Positions 20,370-31,700 of a stretch of 64,000 nt of DNA are shown piece after piece. Each line of letters opens with the position of its first letter. Positions within the stretch are counted from its first letter, which is position 1. A program made the position numbers and the translations under genes. This DNA is from Deltaproteobacteria bacterium TL4 (GTDB lineage: Bacteria > SAR324 > NAC60-12), in contig JBBCAX010000033.1 in the NCBI GenBank assembly GCA_051382335.1, positions 32,001-96,000 of the forward strand, in the 5' to 3' direction. The notes beneath the pieces are model-generated. The model was not told the DNA's origin and searched no databases. It saw only the letters and a program-made list of their open reading frames with translations.

Positions 20370-21791
20370 ATGAAATCTATTCTTGTTATCTCGCAATCAT
20401 CATCGTCACAAGAAATACACCAGGCGTTATTTGCAAAGTACCGTATTGATGTAGCCTCTAGCTTTCAGGAATGTTTTCAAAAATATTCGCAAAATCGTTA
20501 TGAATTTGCCTTCCTTGAATTAACCCTGTTGCAAGAAAATTTTTCAGAATATACCCTCGACAACTGCAGAAAAGCACTTCAACCCCTCAGACGAGTTTTT
20601 CCAGCCTCCCAAATTATCGTGATTTCCAGACAGGATCAGCTGAGAGACGCTGTGTTTGTCCTTAAAGCTGGTGCGAGTAATTACCTCACGACACCAATCA
20701 ACGCTGATGAGCTTAAGCACGTCATTGAAAGCACCAATGAGGCGATTCGTATTAGGTCTGAATTGGATTATCTTCGGGATCAGTTTTGGCAAAGAGACTC
20801 GCTCCAAATCATCCGAACCAATAATGCTGTCATGAAAAAAGTATTTCAGCAGATACGTTCTGTGGCTCCTACTAAAACAACGGTGTTATTGCTAGGAGAG
20901 ACGGGAGTAGGGAAGGGTATAATTGCTAAACTGCTTCATCATCACAGTGAACGTCAAAATAATCCGTTCATTCATGTCCATTGTGGTGCCATGCCTGACA
21001 CTCTGCTCGAAAGTGAATTGTTTGGACACGAAAAAGGTGCGTTTACCGGGGCGGTGAAAAGAAAACTGGGGCGCTTTGAAATTGCAAAAGGGGGAACCAT
21101 TTTTTTGGACGAAATCAACACCATTACTCCTGCGGCACAAATTAAATTATTACAAGTTTTGCAGGATAAAATATTTCAACGTGTGGGGGGGGAACACTTT
21201 ATTGAATCCGATATTCGTGCCATTATCGCCTCTAACCAGGATTTGCGCAAAATGAGTGAAGCCGGAGAATTTCGGAGTGATTTATATTATCGCTTGAGTG
21301 TGTTTCCTATTGAAATTCCGCCTTTAAGGGAACGTCCTGAAGATATTCTGATTTTGGCCAATACGTTTCTTGACAAACTCAATCAACTCTATTTTAAAGA
21401 GATCTATGATTTCCATCCTCTGGTAATAGAAGCACTGCAGAAATACCTGTGGCCTGGTAATATTCGGGAATTGGAGAACCTCATGGAGCGGGCTTACATT
21501 TTAGAAACATCTTCTGTCTTAACTCCTGAAAGCTTTCCTCAGGAATTGTTTAATTCAGATCTTCCTAAGGCTAAAGTGCTTTTGGATACCTCCTTGTCTT
21601 TGGCGGAAATGAGACAACTCAACCTGGAGTACATCGAACGACAGTATCTGAAAGAACTGTTGGCCCGCCATCAAGGAAAGATCAATCATACCGCTGAAGC
21701 TGCCGGGATTAGCACCCGCCAACTTCATAAATTACTCACAAAATACAAAATTCGTAAAGAAGAATTCAAAAATGTCACGTTCCATATATAG
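20370..21791 (+). CDS. Sigma-54-dependent activator (atypical REC + AAA+ + Fis HTH)
   Basis: GETGVGK, ESELFGHEKGAFTGA, FLDEI, WPGNIRELEN, C-terminal HTH. Confidence 0.92.
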   Translation: MKSILVISQSSSSQEIHQALFAKYRIDVASSFQECFQKYSQNRYEFAFLELTLLQENFSEYTLDNCRKALQPLRRVFPASQIIVISRQDQLRDAVFVLKAGASNYLTTPINADELKHVIESTNEAIRIRSELDYLRDQFWQRDSLQIIRTNNAVMKKVFQQIRSVAPTKTTVLLLGETGVGKGIIAKLLHHHSERQNNPFIHVHCGAMPDTLLESELFGHEKGAFTGAVKRKLGRFEIAKGGTIFLDEINTITPAAQIKLLQVLQDKIFQRVGGEHFIESDIRAIIASNQDLRKMSEAGEFRSDLYYRLSVFPIEIPPLRERPEDILILANTFLDKLNQLYFKEIYDFHPLVIEALQKYLWPGNIRELENLMERAYILETSSVLTPESFPQELFNSDLPKAKVLLDTSLSLAEMRQLNLEYIERQYLKELLARHQGKINHTAEAAGISTRQLHKLLTKYKIRKEEFKNVTFHI

Positions 21792-22125
21792 TGGGAATTC
21801 CAAGTTCCGAATGGGCTTTACTGTAGTACTTATGAGTTCCGATTTTAGAATACCTTTCATTACTTTAACTAGCTCATCACCAGCAATACTTCTGCCATTT
21901 AAAATTTATGGGAGCGAAATTGCAAAATAACCCCCGCAATTACAGTATTTTTCAAATAACTCCTCATGCTAATCTTCCGAAAATCCTCTCTGTCTGTTTT
22001 ATTATTTGAAATATTTGTCCTGAAATAGTGCCCACCTTGGCGACTTTCTATAAAAACAGAATCTACGGTTCTTTTTTAATTACATTAAAAATTAACTCAT
22101 TCAATTAAATCAGCATGATAAAAGA

Positions 22126-22140
22126 TGGCATATTAGTTGA
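22126..22140 (+). promoter_or_regulatory. Candidate sigma-54 -24/-12 promoter
   Basis: TGGCAT-N5-TTGA versus consensus TGGCAC-N5-TTGC, about 50 nt upstream of the ORF at 22188. Confidence 0.4.
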
Positions 22141-22187
22141 GACATCATCAGTATATGATCATGTGAGTCATTCATTCTTTAACCCTA

Positions 22188-22469
22188 ATGATAGCTATGG
22201 AAACAGAAGTACGTCAAGAATCGGTTTTGGAAATTACAGGAATCATCATCCCTAATGATTGGGGGGCACAAAATGCGGTGACCTCCATTGTGATGTGTAC
22301 TCCGGGCGAGAAGGAATACCTGATTGAGCAAAATTCACAAGGACAAGAATTACTGGAATACATTCGCCGTATGAAGAGAGCAAAGGTTAAACTCAAAGGC
22401 AACCTGAAAAAAGATAAATATGGAAAAAACCTGGTGCAGGTGAGCAAATACAAAGTTCTGGAATGGTGA
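22188..22469 (+). CDS. Small hypothetical protein (possibly OB-fold-like)
   Basis: ITGIIIPNDW...EYLI...G.ELL...V...G; 93 aa. Confidence 0.65.
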   Translation: MIAMETEVRQESVLEITGIIIPNDWGAQNAVTSIVMCTPGEKEYLIEQNSQGQELLEYIRRMKRAKVKLKGNLKKDKYGKNLVQVSKYKVLEW

Positions 22470-22575
22470 ATATTGGAGTTTTCGAACAATAGTTCTGCAT
22501 GAAAGTAACGGGATCGTGTGGCTCGTGTTTACGGGATAAAACCCGATGTTTTAGGATATTAGCGTTTATCTGTGG

Positions 22576-22600
22576 CGTTCCCACGCAAGGCATGGGAACG
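22576..22600. repeat. REP-like hairpin
   Basis: CGTTCCCA-cgcaaggca-TGGGAACG between convergent genes. Confidence 0.55.
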
Positions 22601-22645
22601 ATATAAAATTCCAGTTCAAACCCAGTCTATAGACGAAAGGCTGGA

Positions 22646-25600
22646 CTAGTACCGACCTGAAGGCAGGGAATGAAAACCTGGAACAAGGTCTGTATCATTG
22701 TTGTCGTTTTCTCCTGAATCCGCAGCATACGTCCAGGTATAGACCTCCCGATTTCCTGTCACATCAATTGTATTACCAAGAGCATCCACCACACCGGTTA
22801 CGATAATGGTATTGGCTGGTCCTTTGGTAACAGCTACAGTCTGATCTGTGGTCGCAACCTCAGTTCCCGCAGTGTAAGCGTAGGTAATCGCCGCACCAGT
22901 AGCATTTCCTCCAGTCAACGGAGGCTCTGCAGCCGTTCCTGCTTTGATTAAGGCAATGGAGACTTTAACGTATTCTCCAGTAACCGCTGGGGTTTGAGTT
23001 GAATCGGCATCCGCAATATCGTTAGCCGCTCCTACAGTAATTGTTTTGATTTTATAACCGGAAGGAATTGGTGTAAAATTGGTTGGATTCGCAACCGAAC
23101 CTATATCTGTGATCGTTGTCTCATTGTTAGTTGTGTTGATCTCAAACGAATTCGCATCTGAATCCAGGCCAACCGCTTTATTTGTGGTAAAGAAGTAGAC
23201 CTCTACCGTCAAGGTTGGATTAGCGGCTGTATAGGTATCACCAAAAATTCGCTTAAGATCCCCTTTTTTGATAAAATGGCGAGCTGTCACATTAGTCATC
23301 GCTGTAGTGGTCGTTCCCTTTGTGTCATCTTGTTGAAGATTTGCTGTCGTTACAACGAAATCTTTTAAGGAAATTCCCCCAAATCCATCCATCACCGGAT
23401 TCACTCCGATGATTCTATTATTTTGACCTGCATCAGCGGTAGCGGTAATGGTCGTCGCACCATCTGAATCATAATCAACGGTCCCTACAAAATTTCTGGC
23501 CAAGGTTAGGGTTGCGCGTGTACTTGAATTACAAACCACGGATCGGATCTTAAAGGTTGAACCATCTGCGCTGCTTGTAGTGCCGGGAGTTCCAGCCAAG
23601 GTTGCCGCACCTGTTGAACTCCCTGTATTATACGTGATGGCATAATTTGCGGGATTACAAATGGAAGTGGCATAATCATCGCCATACAAATCTACAGAGT
23701 TATTCATGGCTTCTGTATAGTTGACTACGACTGTGGCTGGGCTCAAAATCATTTCATCATCTGTCGCGAAGTCAGCTCCAGTTTCGGTGATCGTTATTGG
23801 CGCAGCATTTGTGGTTTCTGTTAAACGAGGTCCAACCTCATCGATCTTACCAGCTAATCCTGCACCATAGGCATTCAAATAGGTCCCATTATCACTACCG
23901 TTCAAAACAGTAGCACCACTCGCGTCATTAGCCACTGTGTTAGCTCCGGCGATATTATTAGTACCATCGTACAAGCTCACAGTAGGAGCCAAGTCCGCAA
24001 CCGTTGTATTCGCCACCAGCGTTTCGCCCGTCGCGCTTGTTAACTGCGCTGATACATCATTTACATAAATACGAACCTTGGTTTTGGTGTCTGTTTCATA
24101 AGCATACGCAGTATTAACTCCATTGTTTTGCAACTGCGTAAACCCGATGACTCCTGCCACTAACTTGGGATGATTCGCATTCACCGTTAAGCCCCCAGCC
24201 AACGCTAAACCACCAACAATTGTGGTTACATTCACGGGTTCTGTAAACGTAACTTCCACATAATCTTCAGTGGTACTTACTGTAACGGTTTGCGCTAAGG
24301 GAGGAATCCCATCTACCAGATATCCGACCTTGTGAGTGGACGTTATCGTATTGCCATGAAGATCGGTGATTCCCGTTAGCTGAATTCCCAGTCCTGTTCT
24401 TACGTTGAAGACATTATCCAATCCCAACGTAATAGCCTGATATTTGGATTTGGCTGTAGCTTCAGAGTCATTGTTTAAGTCAAGTCCGGGCCAACTACTG
24501 AATGAGGTAGCTGTTCCATAATTGACACTGGTATTTCCAAGACCTGAAGCCATGTTTTTTCCATCAAGCGCTGTGATTGCTGGAACTTTGGTACCTGCGG
24601 CAGAAGCGGGATCAGCTCCATAATAAAGAGTTGCCTCCGTACTTGTTAAACTGGTATTTTCAAAAGCGTTGTTCACCATCACCAACGTGATATTATCCGA
24701 TTTTCCATCGTTATTGGCATCCACATTCACTGTAGCTTTAGCAAGTGGTTCTGAGGTCTTAATCGTAATATTATACTTAGTGGACTGATCATTGGTACGG
24801 AATGAATCACGAGCGGCAGTTAAAGAGTCACTTCCTTGACTATTCGTGTTATCACTGTAGCTCTCTACAGAGCTGATATCCACTGTGTTGCCATCGGAAT
24901 CCAAAGTCACTCTGGCAAATGGATAGTTACGGGTGGCAGCCGTCAGATTCGCTGGTCCAATTCTCGGAGGTGTATTGTCTTTGACACGTACTGTTGTGGA
25001 TTGGGTCCCTTCCAAACCATTGATGTCAATAGGTCCGACTTTTACGTCCATCTGCATCAAGGTCCAACCGTCGCCGGAAGCATCGGTTGCATCTTCCAAG
25101 CTATAGGTTGCAAACGCGCCTTCTGTGTCATTATCTTCCAAACCCGCGTTTGTCGCATTATCGTCCCATGTATCCCAAAAATTAGTCCCAGTCCATGACA
25201 TTTCGCTTGGAGGATCGTAGCTTAGTTTGGTTTCACCAATTTCCACAAAAGGACCAATGGTTCTTGTTGAAGATTCTTGTATTTCCAGCCCTTGTCCCCA
25301 GACACGGTATGCGTAAGCGCCAACAACCGGTGTCCAATCAACATGAACTTTAACCGTTGGTTCCAACAGTGTCGCTGCTGCGGTATCTGCACTGCTGGCT
25401 ACCACGGTTGGAGCGACAAAGGTCGGAGTTTCTGCCGCGATAGTGAAGTCTAGAATACCAGCATTAGCGACTGCGGGAGCACCAGAACACGTGAGACTCG
25501 TATCAAAACTCAGAGCGTCAACGGGTTCTCCTGCCGTACCATTATCCTTTCCAGAGGGACACGTAAAAGCCCCATTCCCATCTAAATCAACCCAACCTTT

Positions 25601-27181
25601 GTAGGAGTTTCCTGCTTTATCCTTGATTAGAACCCCCTGAGTGTTAGTGGTTAAATCGATTTTGTATCGAAATCCAGCCTCTAAAGGCACTTGAGGAGTA
25701 ATTACCACAGTATTGATGACGCCCGAAACTGCTTCAAAAGAAATTTTCGCAGACACCTCTTGTGGATTATCAAAATCGTCAGTGGTGTAATCACCCCCCG
25801 CAAAATCTGCTTTTTGAATCACATCTTTGAGGAATACGTTATCAATATACGGCATTAATGCTTCATTGAAACGTACTTTGATACTTGTCGGAGCGGTTGT
25901 CGTCATGAAACCATCGGTGCTGGCTGTATCCATTGTTCCATTGCTTGTTAAAACAGCCGTCACATAAGGCATGATCACGTCCTGGATCGCCGTTACTCTA
26001 GGTAGGAAAATCGCTCCTGCTTGTGCGGCTCCTGGGAATACTCCATTATTGAACATTCCTAAAGAATAATTTCTTCGAGGTTCAATCGCCGTGGCACTGT
26101 CATAGGTTTTGGTTTGATAGCCTGTGGCCGAAATACTGATAGCATTTATTTTATCCCATGTTCCATCACAACCCAGATCCGCGGCAACCAAACCTGTAAG
26201 GGTAAATCTTCCATTTTCATCTGTTGTTACCGTTATAGGTGGAACAGAAAAAGTGTTCATGATGACGGTATCCCCGTTCGCTGTTTTATCGGAAGACACA
26301 TTTTTTTCTGGCGCATGAATCACACAATTGTACTCGTTGACCAGGTTGGTTCCCGCCGTGACACCTACTGCGGCATCAACAGTTTCCAAATTAACAACCG
26401 CTCCCGCAATAGGTTGGGCTGTTTCCGCATCGACAATCACCCCTGTAAGCGTTGAGGAATAGTCTGGAATAATGAAGTCATAGTTATCGGTTCCAGCTTC
26501 AATGGGAATATCAGTTGTAAAATCTGTGGTTGATCCCTCTGGGGATGAGATGGTTGGAAGTGTTTTAGCCACGGTTCCCACAACTGCGTTTCGGATCACC
26601 GCTGTAATGGCAGACACCCCCGTTCCTATTTTTACAACGATGGTATAAGTCCCTCTAATTTTATCGGACCCACTCCAATAACCGTTGCCATCGCCATCAT
26701 ACCAACGAGAAGGTTCAAGGTTACAGAAGAAATAGATCCCTAACGCATTGGTCGTTGCGGTTCGTATCGCACCTGAAGACGCAAGCGATACAATGGCTCC
26801 TTCGATGGAGTTTCCGCTTTGATCCACAACAGAACCCTGAATGTCGAATCCTGTCGCGGCGGTACTGGTCTCAGCGCAAATTGCTTCAACCCCTGCAAAG
26901 CCGTCTTTTCCATCTTTTCCATCTGCTCCATTTACTCCCGCAGCGCCTGCCGCACCTGCTGCACCATTGGTTCCAGGTGCTCCATCCACGCCATTCGTTC
27001 CTGCTGCCCCATTAGCTCCCGCAGCGCCTATTTCACCTGGAGCACCTTTCATTCCAGGCTTTCCATCGTCCCCTTTCAACGACTCACAGCCACCCCAAGC
27101 CAAGGCCAGAATAGCAACAAGTACCATCATTGATAAACTCAATGAACAAAACCTCGTTGATTTCTTCTTATTCCCTATCAT
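22646..27181 (-). CDS. Large surface lipoprotein with collagen-like stalk, carboxypeptidase-regulatory-like and Ig-like (SbsA/Big) domains
   Basis: Lipobox-like AWGGC, about 21 Gly-X-Y triplets, GSVVDQSG.IEGA.V and V.F.E Ig-like motifs, Thr/Ala/Asp-rich. Confidence 0.8.
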   Translation of the reverse strand: MIGNKKKSTRFCSLSLSMMVLVAILALAWGGCESLKGDDGKPGMKGAPGEIGAAGANGAAGTNGVDGAPGTNGAAGAAGAAGVNGADGKDGKDGFAGVEAICAETSTAATGFDIQGSVVDQSGNSIEGAIVSLASSGAIRTATTNALGIYFFCNLEPSRWYDGDGNGYWSGSDKIRGTYTIVVKIGTGVSAITAVIRNAVVGTVAKTLPTISSPEGSTTDFTTDIPIEAGTDNYDFIIPDYSSTLTGVIVDAETAQPIAGAVVNLETVDAAVGVTAGTNLVNEYNCVIHAPEKNVSSDKTANGDTVIMNTFSVPPITVTTDENGRFTLTGLVAADLGCDGTWDKINAISISATGYQTKTYDSATAIEPRRNYSLGMFNNGVFPGAAQAGAIFLPRVTAIQDVIMPYVTAVLTSNGTMDTASTDGFMTTTAPTSIKVRFNEALMPYIDNVFLKDVIQKADFAGGDYTTDDFDNPQEVSAKISFEAVSGVINTVVITPQVPLEAGFRYKIDLTTNTQGVLIKDKAGNSYKGWVDLDGNGAFTCPSGKDNGTAGEPVDALSFDTSLTCSGAPAVANAGILDFTIAAETPTFVAPTVVASSADTAAATLLEPTVKVHVDWTPVVGAYAYRVWGQGLEIQESSTRTIGPFVEIGETKLSYDPPSEMSWTGTNFWDTWDDNATNAGLEDNDTEGAFATYSLEDATDASGDGWTLMQMDVKVGPIDINGLEGTQSTTVRVKDNTPPRIGPANLTAATRNYPFARVTLDSDGNTVDISSVESYSDNTNSQGSDSLTAARDSFRTNDQSTKYNITIKTSEPLAKATVNVDANNDGKSDNITLVMVNNAFENTSLTSTEATLYYGADPASAAGTKVPAITALDGKNMASGLGNTSVNYGTATSFSSWPGLDLNNDSEATAKSKYQAITLGLDNVFNVRTGLGIQLTGITDLHGNTITSTHKVGYLVDGIPPLAQTVTVSTTEDYVEVTFTEPVNVTTIVGGLALAGGLTVNANHPKLVAGVIGFTQLQNNGVNTAYAYETDTKTKVRIYVNDVSAQLTSATGETLVANTTVADLAPTVSLYDGTNNIAGANTVANDASGATVLNGSDNGTYLNAYGAGLAGKIDEVGPRLTETTNAAPITITETGADFATDDEMILSPATVVVNYTEAMNNSVDLYGDDYATSICNPANYAITYNTGSSTGAATLAGTPGTTSSADGSTFKIRSVVCNSSTRATLTLARNFVGTVDYDSDGATTITATADAGQNNRIIGVNPVMDGFGGISLKDFVVTTANLQQDDTKGTTTTAMTNVTARHFIKKGDLKRIFGDTYTAANPTLTVEVYFFTTNKAVGLDSDANSFEINTTNNETTITDIGSVANPTNFTPIPSGYKIKTITVGAANDIADADSTQTPAVTGEYVKVSIALIKAGTAAEPPLTGGNATGAAITYAYTAGTEVATTDQTVAVTKGPANTIIVTGVVDALGNTIDVTGNREVYTWTYAADSGENDNNDTDLVPGFHSLPSGRY

Positions 27182-27487
27182 TTCTTTTCTCCAAGATATG
27201 TTTTCTCCAACCGTTTCAACGGATGAAAATTAACGTTAACGGATACAGATGATTCGACACATGACCCTAGTATTTTTTGAGCAATAAAAAACATTCATCA
27301 GAATGTCAAATTCTTTTTCTAAAACAAAATCAAAAATAACTTGAAACCCTCATTGATTCTCAATACTAACAATAAAAGGCCATTGTCTAGCTAAAAATAC
27401 GAACAAAAAAATCCTTGTCTTTGGAGTTTTTTCCTCGTTAATAGAATTAGGGTATGGATTTTACCCACATTCTCACGGCATGTAATT

Positions 27488-27688
27488 TAGTGTTTCAGAA
27501 AAGTATTTTGGGCTGGGAGCGCAGGCGTCCCGCCTGCTTTTGCGGGCAGGATGCCCGTATTCCCAGGAAAAACTTATCTGAAAGTCTATAGTTGTCCAGA
27601 TAAATTTCTGTTGGGAACGCAGGCGTCCCGCCTGCTTTTGCGGGCAAGATGCCTGCGTTCCCAGGACAAAACTTTTCTGGAGAAGTAG
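27488..27688. repeat. Two tandem ~100-bp REPIN/MITE-like palindromic units
   Basis: Each unit has GGGA(G/A)CGCAGGCGTCCCGCCTGCTTTTGCGGGCA(G/A)GATGCC...TTCCCAGG with palindromic flanks; units join at CTATAG; a third copy lies at 37421. Confidence 0.85.
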
Positions 27689-27719
27689 ACACACGATCCC
27701 TAGCAACGAGATTCATGGA

Positions 27720-28668
27720 ATGTGTACAATTCGTCTGGGTTTATTAGGGCTGATTTTTGTAATCAGTCTTGTTGCCACCATTTTCGCTCAAGAGGAACCG
27801 GTAAGCGAAGGTAAAGGGGAAGGTCAAATTTGTGCCCTTTTCAAGCCAGGTGTCGAATGTCCAGGTGAAGCGGGTCTTTCACAGGCAGAAGCCGTTGCTT
27901 TGGCATCCCTCATGCGAAACGCTGAATTTGGGGTAGGTGAAGTCCTGGGCGCTTCGGATGAAGAGGGGGGGGGGAAGTGGGGACGATAAAGGCAAAAAAG
28001 GAGGAGCGGGAACCACTACCGGCAGTGTTGGAACCAACTTTGGTTATTCAGAAAGCGTCCAACTCTTTATGTTTCCGTTCTCCTATTCGCTAACGCAGAC
28101 AATCCAAATTTCCGCTAATTTTCCATTCATTCGCGTGGAAAACGTCGAAGGAATGGGGAATCCTTCTGTATCTATGAAAGTATTTTATTCCTTCTTTGGT
28201 TTTTCAGCGTTGACTTCCGTGACTTCCAAACTTCCCGTTGGTGATGAAGAACTCGGCGCGCGTCAAGACACCAATGATTATGTCTTTAGTCAAACGCTCC
28301 TTAGGGACATGGGCTTTTCCCGAATTTTTGGTAATTATACTTATATGTACATTCCTCAAGGCGAAAGCGACATTGATGTTGGCGATGTTTCTATGGGGAT
28401 GTTGGGGCTGGATATGCCCTTGCCCTTGGGAGACAAGATTAATGTTTATGGTGCTCTTTTTTCAAGCCAGAACTTTGCTGATAAAAACGGGGATGGAAAT
28501 CGGATTTGGGATACCCAGCAGATTACGATGGATACCACGTTCGGTTTGGTATTTCGCGACATTAACTTAAGGACAGGGATTACAGTTCCTGTTTATACCT
28601 ATTCCAAGCAAATAGAACACTCGGATCGTAGTCCTCTTTTTGACGTTGGATTTCGCTTTTCATTGTAA
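27720..28668 (+). pseudogene. Putative outer-membrane beta-barrel protein split by a frameshift in a G10 tract
   Basis: ORF1 has a signal peptide; ORF2 has alternating beta strands ending DVGFRFSL; deleting one G at 27965-27974 fuses them into 315 aa. Confidence 0.7.
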
Positions 28669-28737
28669 GGGTCGTTTGCTAGCGTTAGTTTAATTTTAGT
28701 CAAAAACATAAAAAACATAGTCCATATTGAGGTTTCT

Positions 28738-31700
28738 ATGAAGATAAAAGCGTACACGATTTTGCAATTCTTGTTCTTGTTATTCCTGAGTGCACTCTTC
28801 GTTTCAAGTTGTGGAGAAGACAAAAAAGAGAGGCCCAATGATGGGGCTGTCGACAGCCGTATTACTTTTGAACTCCGTTGGCCTGATACTTCCAGTAGTT
28901 CAGCAACTGCGTCGCAATACCGGATTTTTCCCATTCCTTCTAACGTGGATACCGTTCGGATGGTGGTATTAAACGCGGCAGGAGAGATAGCCCGGAGCGG
29001 TGCTGGAGATCTTTTGGAAAAAGATTTTGATTCAAATACAGGTGTAGGTTTTGTGGAGGGCGTTCCCGCTGGTGAGGGCTACACAGTACGTTTTGTCGCC
29101 TTTGACTCTCAATCTTTTCCAAGATATCGTGCCGCTCGCGAAGAGGTGACGGTTGTCGCAAACACCACCACCAAGCTGGGAACGATTGATATGGATGTGG
29201 CCCACGTGAACTCTTCCGCGGTAGTTACTAAAACTGTACAACCCGGAGAGCAATGTCCCTTTGGTGGAGTGCAAATTGAGATGGGGATTGATAGGGATGG
29301 CAGTGGTACTCTGGATGAAAAGGAAGTTACCAAATTCGAGGTGGTCTGTAATGGAATCAGAGGGCCAGTCGGAGCCAGTGGCGCAATTGGAGTCTCTACC
29401 CTGCTCAATATTGAAGAGATCCTCACAGACGATACTGAATGCGGAATACTGCACGGTAAAAAAATTGAGTATGGAAAAGACGATAATAACAATGGTATTC
29501 TGGAACCCGTGGAAGTGGATACCACTTCCTACATTTGTAACGCAACGGCTCCCGGGCTGAGCATCAATAGAAGAAGTTTGTTTACCAACGAACTGGGAGC
29601 TTCAGACGGTTTTACGCTTCGCCTCAATTCAAAACCCACCAATGATGTGATCGTCAAGATCGAAAATTCCAATAGTAGCGAGGTAAAAGTATTTCCGGAT
29701 CAAGTGGTTGTGACTCCAGATAACTGGCAGGACAGTCAACCGGTAACGGTTACTGGCGTCAGAAATACAACAACCACCCAGGACCAAATCGTGCAATTGA
29801 CTCTGAGCTTTGAGAGTGAAGATGTGGTTTACAAGAAACTTGACCCGCTCAACGTCTCAGTCACTAATGTTCATATTGAACCTCCCGCAAAAGAATTTTC
29901 TTCCCACAATGAGCTGGTTTCAACGCTGGCCGGTTCTTTCACGGAGGATGACATTAAATTATTTGATGGAATCGTCAGGGGAGTGAATAACGGATACTAC
30001 GACAACACCCTATATTTGTTTGCCACTGATTCCAACAATCACATTGTTTACAGAATTAACATCAATACCCATGTTATTGAAGTTTATGTGGGTAAAAAAG
30101 GATTTTCAGGAAATGGGGTTGGGAGCGCTACCAATTCCCGGTTTAAAAACCCAAGAGGAATCACCATCGATAGCAGTACCGGGTTTTTATATGTGGTGGA
30201 CTCCGGAAACGGAAGGATTATCAGGATTGATACCGATACTCCCACCGCCGGTACGACTGCCCTTGTAAATATGTCTGGTTCTCTGAATGAGCCTTGGGGC
30301 ATCACGCTTAGGCAAGGCACCCTTAATATTACTGAAATTGGTGCTCATCGTGTGAGGACACTTTCCACAGCCGGAGGATCTCTTGGAGTCCTTGCAGGGG
30401 ATGCTGTTGGTTATGCCGATGGTTCTGGAGGATCAGCCCGTTTTAACAAACCCAAGGGAATCCACTTTGATGGAACTAACTTTTTTGTGGCGGACTCTGG
30501 AAATCATGCTATCCGACAAATTACTCTAGCTGGCGTTGTCACTACCGTTGCCGGAATAGGAACGACTGCGGGTGCCAAAGATGGTGACCGTGCTACAGCT
30601 CTGTTTGACACCCCTGTCGGAATCACTGGTGATAGTACCTACCTTTATGTTTCCGCACAAGGGCAATATCCGCTGCGTAAAATCGAGAAAGGCAAAGGCG
30701 CAACTTCCACGTTAGTCCAATTTCAAGGCAGTTTAGATGGCGGCTCAAGTATCGCGAGGTTTAATGATCCATCGGCAATTTTGTGTGACGATAATACTCT
30801 GTATATCAGTACCTCCAATAGATTTCGCAAGCTGGATCTCATTCAGGGAACAATCATCACCATGATTGGAAGATCCTCCACCAATGGTTCCGGTACCTCA
30901 GCCCGTTTTGACCGGCCTGTTAACCTTGTCGCTGGTCCCAATGGCAAGATTATATACATTACGGACTATTACAATCACACGATCCGAACCATGAACCTCA
31001 CCTCAAATGCGGTAGGTACCTTGGCTGGGGTTGCCGGAAAGGCAAGTACTACAGAGGCGGCTGTGGCACCTGGAAATCTCTTTTTTCCATGGGGCCTTAC
31101 GTCAGATGGTACGTATCTTTATGTGACTGAACCCAAAAGTCATACGATTCGCAGAGTCAGCATTGATACCGGTGTCACAAAAACCATTGGTGGTACCGCT
31201 TTTACCCACGGATCCTCTGAGGGAATTGGGACCACAGCCTTATTTAATACACCTTATGGCATTGCCACCGATCTGAAAAACCTGTATGTTGCCGATTCGG
31301 AAAACCACGTGATCCGGAAAATGGATCTCCAAACGTTTCGTGTGAGTATCTTTGCTGGGGATCTCGGCACACCAGGATCATCTGGTGGCGTTTCGTCCGC
31401 CCAATTCAATCAACCTAAGGCTCTCACTAGCGATGGCGTCAACCTCTATGTCATCGATCAAAATGGAATCCGAATAGTGGAAATGTCATCAGGCAAAGTG
31501 AGTACAATTTCTGGAACTTCTGGTTTGAAGAACAGTCTTGGTCTTTCCTCAGACGGAATCAATCTTTATGTGAGTGATACTGATCATCATCAAGTTCAAA
31601 AAGTGGTGATTAAAACAGGGGCTATTGCTATTTTGGCAGGCAATAATAGTGAGGCCCTGAATACGGACACGGTTTGGGATTTAACCTATACTCCTATGAT

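Noticed and set aside
26841..27233. Pro/Ala-rich plus-strand ORF (likewise 56044-56424 EVVPP)
   Set aside because: Antisense shadows of the collagen and TTSGG repeats
27473..27716. ORFs 27473-27706 and 27495-27716
   Set aside because: Translations of the REPIN-like repeats
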